Shown here one piece after another: positions 48,901 through 58,644 of a stretch of 64,000 nucleotides of DNA. The stretch covers positions 9,535 to 73,534 of the forward strand of contig CACWLF010000002.1 of assembly GCA_902761645.1 (NCBI GenBank), in the 5' to 3' direction. The notes beneath the pieces were generated by a model. That model was not told the origin of the DNA and searched no databases. It saw only the letters and a program-made list of their open reading frames with translations. How positions within the stretch are numbered: the first letter of the stretch is position 1; each line of letters opens with the position of its first letter. The translations under genes were made by a program, and so were the position numbers. This DNA comes from an uncultured Aeromonadales bacterium (GTDB taxonomy: Bacteria; Pseudomonadota; Gammaproteobacteria; Enterobacterales; Succinivibrionaceae).

Positions 48901-51275
48901 CTGCATACTATGGTTCTAAGTATGGTGATAATGGTAATAAGGAGAAAAGGCGTGCTAATAATCCAAATTATTTCTATGTAACAAATGCGAGTCAATTGGC
49001 TTCTCAGATTACTGCCGCTTTGACAAAGGCTGTTGGGGATACCGGTAATTCAGGTAGTGGTTTGTCCTTCCCAAGTCTTGATGTTACCGATGATAATACA
49101 GTTGTAACGGCTGTGTATGACTCCCAATATTGGACGGGTCAGTTGGTTAGAAAAACTTTAAAGTATAACGCTGACGGATCTGTTGATCTTTCTGCCCAAT
49201 CTCCTGGTAGTTCAACATGGACTAATGATGAGGCATTGTTTGACGATGAAACCAGATATTTGATTGCTGATAAAACAGGAGCACTAACAGATTTGACTGC
49301 AGATCTGTTGGCAGATACTGCGTCGGTTTATCCATTGTCTCAGGCTGCTATTAATACCATGGGTTTGGAATTATGTAATGATGAGCACAAGAAAGAATTC
49401 TTTAACCATTATGTTGCATATATTAAAGGAAGTGCTGAATGGGAAATTGATCAAGAAGAGGGTGATGTTGACTATTCCTTGCTTACTCCTCATTTGGAAT
49501 GTGCAGAGAATAATAATTTCAAATTCTATGGATTCCATCCTCGTTCTAGTGTGACATCAAGAAAATCAGGTGGAAAATTCGGTGCCATTATTTCTTCAAC
49601 CCCTCAATACTACAATGCTGGCAGTAAGAAGAAAATTATTTTTGCCGCAAACGATGGTATGGTCTATATTGTAGATTACAAAACCGGACATGTTGATTAT
49701 TCAATCATTCCGTATGTAACTCAATCATTTATGCCAAAGTATGCTGAGGTTAATAATAAAGATCATTACATCAATGATGGTAAAATGACTGTAAATGCAT
49801 ATAAGGAAGGTGGTGTAGATAAAGTTTTGGTTATCGGTACGCTTGGATATGTTCATCCTGGTGTGTATGCACTTGATTTGAGTGGTGATGAACCTGTAAT
49901 GAGATGGGAGTTGTCTCCTTATTATATCCGTGAAAACACTGATGAAGTTGTTAGAAATATGAGAAATCTTGGAGGCATACAGGCAGCAATTAAGGTTTAC
50001 CCTTACTCAGTAAGTTATAACAACTCAAGTTCTAAAATGACTTTATATGCCATTTTTGGAAATGGGTACAACTCTCGGGATGGCGTATCAGGCGTTGCGG
50101 TAGTAGATGCTATTACTGGTCGTGTTATGTCAAAATTTGATGGACAAAAAGTTTCCGGTGATATAGTGACAAAATCTATTGGTGGTGTGCTTGTAAATGA
50201 TCTTTGGGGCAGACCAGACTGTAATAGAAGTCCTGAATACGCAGAGTACAAGACTGATGAGGGTGAGTGCTATAAAAATGGTATGAACCAAGTGGCGGCT
50301 TATGATAAGAACTTTGATTTTAAACCTGACTATATATATTCAACAGATTTATATGGTAATGTGTATCGTATAAGATCTTATGTTGCGGATTCTACATCGA
50401 CAGGTAATATATCTGTACATGGTTGGACTGTAGCTCGTATACATACCACTGTATCTCCTGCTGATTCTGCCGGTAAGTATCTGATACAGCCAATTACCAC
50501 TGCACCGTCTCTTCTTCAGGATGTTAAGGGCAACCCAATGGTTGCAGTTGGAACTGGTAAGTATCTTGGTGTTTCAGATGTATCAAATACTGTTGTCCAG
50601 TCTGTTTGGGCTTTGAGTGATAGTTCATATGCTTCAAGTGATGCTCCTATCAAAAATGTGTGTCCAGTTGATCCTCTTGAGGTTAAATATTGCCGTGCGA
50701 ATGGAAGATTATATAAATCACAGTTTGTACAGCCTGATTCTTCAGAAGATCTCCCTCCGAACTATGTTACAATTAAAGAACCAGAAGGTGTAAATGCTTA
50801 TGGTGCCTATGATGTTGATCACTATTCTGGTTGGGTATTGGATTTCAACACTGTTGCCCCTTCTAAGATTACCGAACGTGTTAAAAATAATATGAGGGCG
50901 TTTGATAATCATCTGTATGTAACTACTTTGATTCCTTCAAAGAGTGAATGTGAGGGTGGTGGTGTTAGTCGTTGGTATGATCTGAATGTAGTTACTTCTA
51001 CATTCTATGTAAGTGCAAAAGCGTCTCAGGAATACTATGATACAGTATTAAATGAAACCAATTTTGCATATACCAGAGATAACAATAATGATCCGGCAGG
51101 CGGAACTGGTGGCACAGGTGGATCGGACAAAGACGGTATACGTGATCGTGTAAATTGGCACTATGGTTGCGCTACCGGTCTGGCAGGATTCAGTGGAGCC
51201 AAAGGTGAGGCTTCTGTGAAGAAACTTGATTCTATTTGTCCAAAAGTTGAGTCATGGCAGTTTATCTATAATTAA
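45939..51275 (+). CDS. pilY1: PilY1/PilC-family type IV pilus tip-associated adhesin, unusually large (1778 aa)
   Basis: Signal peptide. N-terminal PPLIMLLMGRDHSMYYEAYND.DLDGDGEID and WSGNFLNYLTSTRMD. Mid-protein FYVTNASQLASQI. C-terminal DKNFDFKPD-YIYSTDLYGNVYRI beta-propeller/Ca-loop signature. Confidence 0.85.
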   Translation: MKKFIVSSLMASLGLAAFSVSNSSYAAEVALKDTDISSQPVNLGLGNPPPLIMLLMGRDHSMYYEAYNDMTDLDGDGEIDGMFTPHVVYDGIFEANWCYTYNELKNGSSGYFGMTKPATEDSFDNGKYIIYKCGGSTWSGNFLNYLTSTRMDVVKRILIGGQRYANFSVCNTSAQKHGSCRITSQDNKLSKNLTYPVLARQFIPRDTHAWAKSYNAKDMDNLCYKRYGLSKCNFKLSDFAYFSSGTPDSAMFGSVGRQLYVIAPDPNSNTYQIGSYVDLAKEEHNHLYVWNWVARESGDGGSSGKAKGVLAYENGLTPVNNPDGSGNISVLAQRYFVLAEACHYSFKENEYDMPARCKNYGSELNPYYNTIGLLQDFSKSGSPDAYFGLITSTWSNKFNTAAGTGKGVAERGAALRAPIADLSSDNYIDTSTGEFKVDSVYYAIDLLSLSEKENTPGSTGSNGTSNTWPDCQGNWDNPNRKNTPARGCGDWGNPLLPMIQKSYDYFNNVATKSEDKDFVNGTVYKLRINSFTDNKNAYTFTYPNLSLDKNKTPYEKFDYCYKPINFILADESVSMDSYIGSSSSEQIDEGYEVIDKGEQLTGVHVFGELADGENVMELGNEQTVHSQKKVVNLSDMRNVRGVSTLEPYLQGTLNGAALAQYIHSHPMSHKFGGVSKNVPGFEHYAVAMASYLPKFEIYAYNGKKALFVPTCFSPVIENKLNMADGIGAFSYDGESGHYTNSCGIMDVFYINSKYDTIDGQNRMVEVEFRVTYEDNESGSDLDMDASFAYKIEADKNNPNILTVTVTGFYHDTYAGQIGGYNIFGTAGSIEPYEGDCANPGDWICGIKTYKVNAKKTLYLDVMKVDQNSNNFTLMKSNSDPFNEYNNDVGYDDATEFTSAPSTSKVKVVPKSDVVNSNHRYGCLKGEQVWKIVGTSGRYFRFSKDGSWIEPLKFLPAFSKECNLSVERKFYVTGLDNAIGFYDSPLDYAAYYGSKYGDNGNKEKRRANNPNYFYVTNASQLASQITAALTKAVGDTGNSGSGLSFPSLDVTDDNTVVTAVYDSQYWTGQLVRKTLKYNADGSVDLSAQSPGSSTWTNDEALFDDETRYLIADKTGALTDLTADLLADTASVYPLSQAAINTMGLELCNDEHKKEFFNHYVAYIKGSAEWEIDQEEGDVDYSLLTPHLECAENNNFKFYGFHPRSSVTSRKSGGKFGAIISSTPQYYNAGSKKKIIFAANDGMVYIVDYKTGHVDYSIIPYVTQSFMPKYAEVNNKDHYINDGKMTVNAYKEGGVDKVLVIGTLGYVHPGVYALDLSGDEPVMRWELSPYYIRENTDEVVRNMRNLGGIQAAIKVYPYSVSYNNSSSKMTLYAIFGNGYNSRDGVSGVAVVDAITGRVMSKFDGQKVSGDIVTKSIGGVLVNDLWGRPDCNRSPEYAEYKTDEGECYKNGMNQVAAYDKNFDFKPDYIYSTDLYGNVYRIRSYVADSTSTGNISVHGWTVARIHTTVSPADSAGKYLIQPITTAPSLLQDVKGNPMVAVGTGKYLGVSDVSNTVVQSVWALSDSSYASSDAPIKNVCPVDPLEVKYCRANGRLYKSQFVQPDSSEDLPPNYVTIKEPEGVNAYGAYDVDHYSGWVLDFNTVAPSKITERVKNNMRAFDNHLYVTTLIPSKSECEGGGVSRWYDLNVVTSTFYVSAKASQEYYDTVLNETNFAYTRDNNNDPAGGTGGTGGSDKDGIRDRVNWHYGCATGLAGFSGAKGEASVKKLDSICPKVESWQFIYN

Positions 51276-51309
51276 CTTCGGTTAATCTTTATGATGTATT
51301 TATAGGATA

Positions 51310-51333
51310 GGGTCCCGCAAGGGATCCTTTTTT
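51310..51333 (+). terminator. rho-independent terminator after pilY1
   Basis: GGGTCCC-GCAA-GGGATCC hairpin (GNRA loop, one G-U pair), followed by TTTTTTA. Confidence 0.8.
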
Positions 51334-51535
51334 ATGCTGTCATATTATCAGTTATTCTTAGTAATTAATTGTATTTCATGCTCACCAATATGACGATATT
51401 TAGTTATAATCAATTCATTAATTCCACACATCTGAAAGATGTTAAGTTCATTTATATCATTAAAAATATTTTTATTTGTTGTTATTCATGTGTCAGATTG
51501 TATAATTTATTCATCATTAATTAGTTTGTGTGTTT

Positions 51536-53011
51536 ATGTTATTAGATAATTGTATTTATAAAATTTCTTCAACTAGAAGATTGAAGATTTCCTGTTTGGA
51601 TATTCCTGTCAGTGGTTGTGTGACTATTGTAGGTTCCAATGGATCCGGAAAAACCTCACTTGCCAAAGCTCTTGAAGGAGGTATTGATTTGCTTGAAGGC
51701 AGTATAAGTAATGGTTTAAAGGATGATGATTTGGTACGAATATCCTTTGAACAGCAGCTGCAACTCATAGATGAGGATTTTAAATTAAGAAATAATGATA
51801 ATAACAGTGATGAAGAAGAAAAGGGCATAACTCCTCGTTCTTTGATTGAAGAGAGTGCTAAGCTTCCTCAGACTTCTATTGAAGCATTATGCAGAAGACT
51901 GAATATTACTCATCTTCTTGATCAGCCGTACAGCATTCTGTCCAGCGGTGAAGGCAGAAAGGTTCTTATTGCCAAAGCTATTCTTGCGAATAAAAATACA
52001 CTTATTCTGGATGCCCCTTTTGACGGACTTGATGTACAGACAAGAATGGATCTGATGAATTTATGTGAGGATTTATATAAATCAAATAAGCTGCTTATTC
52101 TGATTGTAAACCGTTATGATGAGATTCCGCCATTTTCGGATTATATTGGGATCATTAATGAATGTGAACTGGTTAAGTTTGGCGAAAAATCTAAAATTCA
52201 GGCAGATTTGGAGTTCATGCAGCTTTCGCACAATGAAACAATCAATAATATGTCATTGCCGGAAGCACCGGATGACTGTATTGTCAGTGATTGCCCTGAC
52301 CCTGTTATTGATATGACTGATGTTGTTGTTCGATATCAGAGCAGAATAATTATTAATAAACTTACCATGCGGATAAAAAAAGGTGAGCACTGGCAGTTTG
52401 TGGGACCAAACGGCGCCGGCAAATCGACATTAATATCATTGATTACCGGCGATCATCCGCAAGGCTATTCCAACAATTTAAGACTGTTCGGCATTCAACG
52501 CGGCTCAGGAGAGACAATCTGGGATATTAAGAAGAATATAGGTTTTGTTAGCCCGTCGTTTCATATGGCGTACAGGGTAAACTGCAACGCATTAAGTGTT
52601 ATACTGTCAGGATATTTTGATTCAATCGGACTGTATGAAAAACCAGGAGACAACAAAATTCTGCTTGCTCATGAATGGTTAAAGGTTCTTGGTATGGATG
52701 CTCTTGCCAATGTTCCGTTTAATTCATTATCTTACGGACAGCAGCGTCTGCTGCTGATCGCCAGAGCTCTGGTTAAACATCCTCTATTGCTGATTCTTGA
52801 TGAACCTCTTCAGGGACTGGACAGCATGAGCAGACTTCTTGTCAAAAAGTTTGTTGAGTATCTTATGAAGGTAGGAAAAACTCAGATAATTTTTGTTTCT
52901 CATCATGAAGAAGACGCACCTGAAGGCATTACAAATATACTGGAATTTGTTCCATTCGGTGACACATACACATATAATATTACCGGTTTGAAGACAAAGA
53001 AAGAGGATTGA
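51536..53011 (+). CDS. modF: tandem-NBD ABC ATPase ModF
   Basis: Two ABC cassettes (GSNGSGKTS/LSSGEGRK and GPNGAGKST/LSYGQQRL). LITGDHPQGYSNNLRLFG..RGSGETIWDIKK and FVSHHEEDAP..I...LEFVP are colinear with E. coli ModF. Confidence 0.88.
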   Translation: MLLDNCIYKISSTRRLKISCLDIPVSGCVTIVGSNGSGKTSLAKALEGGIDLLEGSISNGLKDDDLVRISFEQQLQLIDEDFKLRNNDNNSDEEEKGITPRSLIEESAKLPQTSIEALCRRLNITHLLDQPYSILSSGEGRKVLIAKAILANKNTLILDAPFDGLDVQTRMDLMNLCEDLYKSNKLLILIVNRYDEIPPFSDYIGIINECELVKFGEKSKIQADLEFMQLSHNETINNMSLPEAPDDCIVSDCPDPVIDMTDVVVRYQSRIIINKLTMRIKKGEHWQFVGPNGAGKSTLISLITGDHPQGYSNNLRLFGIQRGSGETIWDIKKNIGFVSPSFHMAYRVNCNALSVILSGYFDSIGLYEKPGDNKILLAHEWLKVLGMDALANVPFNSLSYGQQRLLLIARALVKHPLLLILDEPLQGLDSMSRLLVKKFVEYLMKVGKTQIIFVSHHEEDAPEGITNILEFVPFGDTYTYNITGLKTKKED

Positions 53012-53012
53012 T

Positions 53013-53387
53013 ATGAAATTTGGAAAATACTTTATAGTACTGTTGGCTGCCTTTTTTATATCGTCATGTGATAATGAGTCATCGCATAATAAGCACCAGG
53101 TTGGCAATGTAAAAATTGTTAATAATGAAGCAGTTCTTATAGGTGAAGGAGTAATCAGGCTGAAAGGTGTTACAGTTCGTGTTGGCATGAGTGCTTTATA
53201 TGTTAACGGTGACGATTACGGTTCTGTACCTGGCGGAGCCAGAACTGTCCTGAGGGTGCATGATAATGGAAGTTTTGAAATTTTTGTCAATGATGAAAAA
53301 CGTTATAAGTCTGCGAAGAAAAATTCACAGAAACCTAATCAGTCAACCGGTTCAGAACGTATTAAAAATTTTAATTTTAATAAATAG
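53013..53387 (+). CDS. hypothetical small lipoprotein
   Basis: Lipobox FISSC after a signal sequence. Start is 1 nt after the modF stop. No family recognised. Confidence 0.55.
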   Translation: MKFGKYFIVLLAAFFISSCDNESSHNKHQVGNVKIVNNEAVLIGEGVIRLKGVTVRVGMSALYVNGDDYGSVPGGARTVLRVHDNGSFEIFVNDEKRYKSAKKNSQKPNQSTGSERIKNFNFNK

Positions 53388-53403
53388 TTTTTTTAACCGA
53401 ATG

Positions 53404-53425
53404 GGAAAGCAGATGCTTTCCTATT
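53404..53425 (+). terminator. weak terminator-like hairpin after the lipoprotein gene
   Basis: GGAAAGC-AGAT-GCTTTCC stem-loop followed by an interrupted T tract (TATTAATTATTT). Confidence 0.4.
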
Positions 53426-53446
53426 AATTATTTGAGAGATTGGATT

Positions 53447-54097
53447 ATGAAAGTAGAAGCATTTAGTGTAGTAACTCTTAGGTATGTATTGAAGGATGAT
53501 CAGGGAAATATTCTGGATCAGTCAGATGAAAATGATTTGCTGACCTATATGCATGGCACAGAATATCTGGTTCCTGGTCTGGAATCGGCAATTTTAAATC
53601 ACGAGAAAGGGGATGCATTCAGTGTTGTTGTAAAGGCCGAAGAAGGATACGGTGCTTACAATGAGCAGCTTGTACATGATATTCCAAGAGCTCATTTCGG
53701 CAGTGATGAGCCGGCAGTGGGTGATACATTCCTGGCGCAAACTGAAGAAGGGGCTTTGCCTGTAACCATAAAATCAGTTAATGACGATTTTGTCAAAGTT
53801 GACGGCAACCATCCTCTTGCAGGTCAGGATTTATATTTTGATATAGAAATTGTTGATGTAAGGGAACCTACTCAGGAAGAAAAGGACCATAAGCACGTGC
53901 ATCTGCATGGTCACTGCTGTCATCACCATGATCATGGAGAACATGAACACGGATGCTGCCATCACCACGATCATGAGGAAGATGAGCACGGATGCTGTCA
54001 TCACCACGATCATGAAGAAGACGAGGACGGATGCTGCCATCACCGCGATCATGAGGAAGATGAGCACAGATGCTGTCATCATCATGAGCATGAATGA
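53447..54097 (+). CDS. slyD: FKBP-type peptidyl-prolyl isomerase SlyD with a His/Cys-rich metal-binding tail
   Basis: MKVEAFSVVTLRYVLKDDQG...DGNHPLAGQDLYFDIEIVDVREPTQEE is colinear with E. coli SlyD. The tail consists of CCHHHDHEEDEHG repeats. Confidence 0.92.
   Translation: MKVEAFSVVTLRYVLKDDQGNILDQSDENDLLTYMHGTEYLVPGLESAILNHEKGDAFSVVVKAEEGYGAYNEQLVHDIPRAHFGSDEPAVGDTFLAQTEEGALPVTIKSVNDDFVKVDGNHPLAGQDLYFDIEIVDVREPTQEEKDHKHVHLHGHCCHHHDHGEHEHGCCHHHDHEEDEHGCCHHHDHEEDEDGCCHHRDHEEDEHRCCHHHEHE
53915..54094 (+). repeat. 39-bp tandem repeat, about 4.6 copies, inside the slyD 3' end
   Basis: Units start at 53915, 53954, 53993, 54032 and 54071 (partial). Each encodes CCHH(H/R)DH(G/E)E(H/D)E(H/D)(G/R). 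It generates spurious long ORFs in other frames. Confidence 0.9.
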
Positions 54098-54151
54098 TGC
54101 CGGCTGTGCAACTGCCTGTGAAATAATAAATAAAAAAGTTGCTATTACTTC

Positions 54152-54179
54152 TTGATTTTAATAAATGTTTTGGTATAAT
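54152..54179 (+). promoter_or_regulatory. candidate sigma70 promoter of rplU-rpmA (TTGATT - 16 nt - TATAAT)
   Basis: TTGATT 54152-54157 and TATAAT 54174-54179, about 58 nt upstream of the rplU ATG. Confidence 0.55.
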
Positions 54180-54236
54180 TCGTGCCATTACTATAAGTTT
54201 TTAGCGCTGTTTATATAACAGCTTTCGGAGTTTTAA

Positions 54237-54548
54237 ATGTACGCTGTAATTTTTGAAGGCGGAAAACAACATCGTGTATCTGTAGATGATGTTATACGTG
54301 TAGAAAAAATAGAAAAGTCTATCGGTGAAAAAGTTGAATTTGATAAAGTTCTTCTTGTAGCTGATGGTTCAAATGTAAATGTGGGTGCTCCATACTTGGC
54401 ATCAAGCAAAGTTGAAGCAGAGATTGTTAGACAAGGTCGTGGTGACAAGGTAACTATTACTAAGTTCCGTCGTCGTAAACACTTCCAAAAACAAACCGGT
54501 CATCGTCAGTATTTTACTGAAGTGAAGATCACATCTATTAACGCTTAA
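54237..54548 (+). CDS. rplU: 50S ribosomal protein L21
   Basis: [14 protein letters not shown]... 103 aa. Followed by rpmA. Confidence 0.97.
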   Translation: MYAVIFEGGKQHRVSVDDVIRVEKIEKSIGEKVEFDKVLLVADGSNVNVGAPYLASSKVEAEIVRQGRGDKVTITKFRRRKHFQKQTGHRQYFTEVKITSINA

Positions 54549-54561
54549 GGAGAGATAGAAA

Positions 54562-54822
54562 ATGGCTCATAAAAAAGCTGGTGGTTCATCACGTAACGGT
54601 CGTGACTCGCAAAGTAAACGTTTGGGAGTTAAAGTTTATGGTGGTCAGGCTGTAATTCCTGGTAACATTATTGTTCGTCAGCGTGGTACTCAGTTCCATG
54701 CAGGTACAAATGTGGGAATCGGTAGAGATCATACCATTTTTGCAACTGCTGCTGGTTTGGTAAAATTTGAGACTAAAGGTCCAAAGAACAGAACCTTCAT
54801 CAGTGTTGTTGCTGAAGCTTAA
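54562..54822 (+). CDS. rpmA: 50S ribosomal protein L27
   Basis: [24 protein letters not shown]... 86 aa. Confidence 0.98.
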   Translation: MAHKKAGGSSRNGRDSQSKRLGVKVYGGQAVIPGNIIVRQRGTQFHAGTNVGIGRDHTIFATAAGLVKFETKGPKNRTFISVVAEA

Positions 54823-54852
54823 TCCGCATTAGCACACAAAAAATAATAAACG

Positions 54853-54883
54853 AAGCTCAACTTATATTGGTTGGGCTTTTTTT
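54853..54883 (+). terminator. rho-independent terminator after rpmA
   Basis: AAGCTCAAC / GTTGGGCTT stem with one G-U pair and an 8-nt loop, followed by TTTTTTTG. Confidence 0.8.
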
Positions 54884-54898
54884 GTAAACATGATTTAA

Positions 54899-56044
<1,146 letters not shown>

Positions 56045-56051
56045 CAGATTT

Positions 56052-56564
56052 ATGGCTGATGAAATATATAAAAATGTTTCTGTCATTGTTGCTGTTGCAG
56101 AGAATCTGGCTATTGGCAAAAATAACACAATGCCGTGGCATTTACGTGCAGATCTGCAGTATTTTAAAAAAATGACTATGGGAAAGACCATTATTATGGG
56201 GCGCAACACCTTTGCGTCTCTTGGTTATAAAAAACTGCCTGGTCGTACAAGCGTTGTTATAACGTCGGATGATAATTTTGCCGATGTTTACCAGGTAGAA
56301 ACCCATAAATCTCTGCCAGATGCTTTATTAGAGCATCATAATGAAGATGAGATTATGATTATCGGAGGTGGAAAACTGTATAAGGAAGCTGTCAGATATG
56401 CTTCAACTCTTTATGTTACCAGGGTTCGTACTGTTATTTCTGATGCAGATGTCTTCTTTCCTGCTTATGATGATTCATTCTCATTAATGCAGCAGGAGAA
56501 TTTCCCTGCTGATGAACAGAATGACTTTGATTATTCGTTCTGCGTATATCAGAGAAAGCAATAA
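56052..56564 (+). CDS. folA: dihydrofolate reductase
   Basis: VSVIVAVAENLAIGKNNTMPWHL..DLQYFKKMTMGKTIIMGRNTF.S.. and GGGKLY motifs. The ORF-track start 55911 overlaps obg and is rejected. ATG 56052 gives 170 aa. Confidence 0.93.
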   Translation: MADEIYKNVSVIVAVAENLAIGKNNTMPWHLRADLQYFKKMTMGKTIIMGRNTFASLGYKKLPGRTSVVITSDDNFADVYQVETHKSLPDALLEHHNEDEIMIIGGGKLYKEAVRYASTLYVTRVRTVISDADVFFPAYDDSFSLMQQENFPADEQNDFDYSFCVYQRKQ

Positions 56565-56576
56565 TACAATTAAATA

Positions 56577-56617
56577 AGCCGGTTTTTCTGTATACAGTCA
56601 TGACCGGCTCTTTTTTT
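56577..56617. terminator. hairpin terminator between convergent folA and apaH
   Basis: AGCCGGT (56577-56583) / ACCGGCT (56603-56609) followed by CTTTTTTT. On the minus strand it is followed by TTATTTA. Confidence 0.65.
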
Positions 56618-56704
56618 CAAATATCCAGACCTCCGGTATTTAACGTTGCAGAAGAAAATTATGTTTTGGTCTGTCGCATGTCTCATTGTAAGGCGAGGTA
56701 TCTG

Positions 56705-57673
56705 CTAGTGATTGGCTTTTACCGAATACCGTTTTGCAGGAGCTTCAATGTTGATTAAGCTCAGGGAACCATTCCAGACACAACCTGTATCAAGTGCAAT
56801 AATATTGTCAGCAGGGTTCTTGCCCTCAAGTGCCGCCCAGTGGCCGAAAATAATGGTTTGTGAATTTTTAAACTGACTGTTCGGGTAGTCGTACCATGGT
56901 TTCAGGTTCCGGTTTTTATTTTCCTTTGGTTTGTCCTTGCAGTCAAAATCGAGAGACAGATCTGTATAGCAGAATCGCATTCTTGTTAAAGCGTTGATGG
57001 TGTATATGCAGCGATCTAATTCCAGAGAAGGATACAAACTCATGTAGTCATAAATGCCGTCTTCATAATCCATGTGCCTGCGATAATGAATGCTGGTTTT
57101 GAATGGTTTCTGGGCAAAATTGTTTTGAATTTCTGCTTTTATGGGAGCCCATCTGCACTGGCGATCTGAAAACATATTTTCCATCAGAATTCCGAAATGT
57201 TCCGAGCGGAGCAGCTGTTCCACGTGATTGCCGTTTTTCATGGCATCGAAAATATTCCATTCCGGGGATAATCCTGCATGTGAAATAAATAAATTATGTC
57301 TGCGATCCCAAAATGTCATCGGACAGTTTCGAAGAAAACTGATCATTTCGGTACCGTTTTTCTCATTAATTATTTTTTTTAATTCAGATGCCTTTAAATT
57401 AAATAAGAATTTTTCTTTCGACGCTGCATCTTTAAGTTCCGAGTACAGATGATAATTGCGAAGCAGACTTAAGTCGTGATTACCAAGTACCGATATTATG
57501 CGATCCTGATATTTAAGAAGAAAATTCAGGGTTTCTATCGGTTTTGGTCCGCGTCCGATTACATCTCCGGTTGTTAGTAAAAAATCAGTTTTAGGGTTAA
57601 ATTTTACAAGATCCAGAAGAGCCATGAATTCATCATAGCAGCCGTGAATATCACCTATGCAGTATGTACTCAT
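56705..57673 (-). CDS. apaH: bis(5'-nucleosyl)-tetraphosphatase (symmetrical) ApaH
   Basis: MSTYCIGDIHGCYDEF, TGDVIGRGP, GNHD, FGHWAALEG and LDTGCVWNG metallophosphatase motifs. 322 aa versus about 280 aa in E. coli. Confidence 0.92.
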   Translation of the reverse strand: MSTYCIGDIHGCYDEFMALLDLVKFNPKTDFLLTTGDVIGRGPKPIETLNFLLKYQDRIISVLGNHDLSLLRNYHLYSELKDAASKEKFLFNLKASELKKIINEKNGTEMISFLRNCPMTFWDRRHNLFISHAGLSPEWNIFDAMKNGNHVEQLLRSEHFGILMENMFSDRQCRWAPIKAEIQNNFAQKPFKTSIHYRRHMDYEDGIYDYMSLYPSLELDRCIYTINALTRMRFCYTDLSLDFDCKDKPKENKNRNLKPWYDYPNSQFKNSQTIIFGHWAALEGKNPADNIIALDTGCVWNGSLSLINIEAPAKRYSVKANH

Positions 57674-57674
57674 G

Positions 57675-58538
57675 TTATTCCCTGTGCTCTGCCAGATAAT
57701 TTGCCAGATTTACGTATTGTTCTATGCTGAGATTTTCTGCACGCATTTTCGGATCTATATCCAGCTCATTGAAAATCTGATCTGTAAAAAAGTTTTCCAG
57801 GCTGTTATGGATGGTTTTTCTTCTCTGATTGAATGCAGATGAGACAATCTGTTCCAGAAGATCATAGTCTCTGGCTACATAAGGTTTTGATTTGTGAGGA
57901 ATAACCTTGACTACAGCTGAATATACTTTTGGAGAAGGGGTAAAAGCTTCAGGAGGAACTTCCAGACATGGTACAATTTTAGCAAAATACTGAGCCATGA
58001 TCGTCAGTTTTCCATAATCTCCGGAGTCGGGACCGGCAACCAGGCGATCTACCACCTCCTTCTGAAGCATGAATGTCATATCTGCTATTACATCACTGTA
58101 CTCAAAAAGATGAAACAGTAAAGGGGTGGAAATATTGTACGGAAGATTTCCATAGATTTTCAGGTTTTTATCCTCTTCCTTCAGTTTGCTGAAATCCATT
58201 GTCAAGGCATCCTGCTCGTAGATTGTGAGCTGATCGCGGATAAAAGGATGGTGACGTAATCTGTATGCCAGATCACGGTCAATTTCAATAACATTCAAGT
58301 GCTTGATAATTTCGCATACCGGTTCTGTCAGAGCTCCAAGACCAGGACCGATTTCAACTACTGTTTCCTGATCTCCGGGGGCTATAAGATTTATGATATT
58401 GGCGATTACCTGCTGATCACGCAAAAAGTTCTGACCGAAATTTTTACGTGCATGATGTCCCTGATAGGATCCTTTATTATGATTACCGGAAGAATTATTT
58501 GTTTTCTTTTTATAATCATTATTGTGTTTTTTAAACAT
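57675..58538 (-). CDS. rsmA: 16S rRNA (adenine1518/1519-N6)-dimethyltransferase RsmA/KsgA
   Basis: HHARKNFGQNFL, VEIGPGLGALT and GNLPYNISTP motifs. About 20-aa Asn/Lys-rich N-terminal extension. Confidence 0.95.
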   Translation of the reverse strand: MFKKHNNDYKKKTNNSSGNHNKGSYQGHHARKNFGQNFLRDQQVIANIINLIAPGDQETVVEIGPGLGALTEPVCEIIKHLNVIEIDRDLAYRLRHHPFIRDQLTIYEQDALTMDFSKLKEEDKNLKIYGNLPYNISTPLLFHLFEYSDVIADMTFMLQKEVVDRLVAGPDSGDYGKLTIMAQYFAKIVPCLEVPPEAFTPSPKVYSAVVKVIPHKSKPYVARDYDLLEQIVSSAFNQRRKTIHNSLENFFTDQIFNELDIDPKMRAENLSIEQYVNLANYLAEHRE

Positions 58539-58644
58539 TTTGCTTTCACCAAATTTATTTTAAGAAACATTAAATACAGGCAATGAATAATCCATCTTCA
58601 TCCATAAATTCTATATCAGATCTAAAACTGATTTTAGAACAGGT

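Noticed and set aside
53831-54188. Three ORFs (86, 106 and 82 aa) overlapping the slyD tail
   Set aside because: They are by-products of the stop-free 39-bp tandem repeat. Their translations are repeats of MMT/RGDGSIR type and only the SlyD frame continues a real domain.
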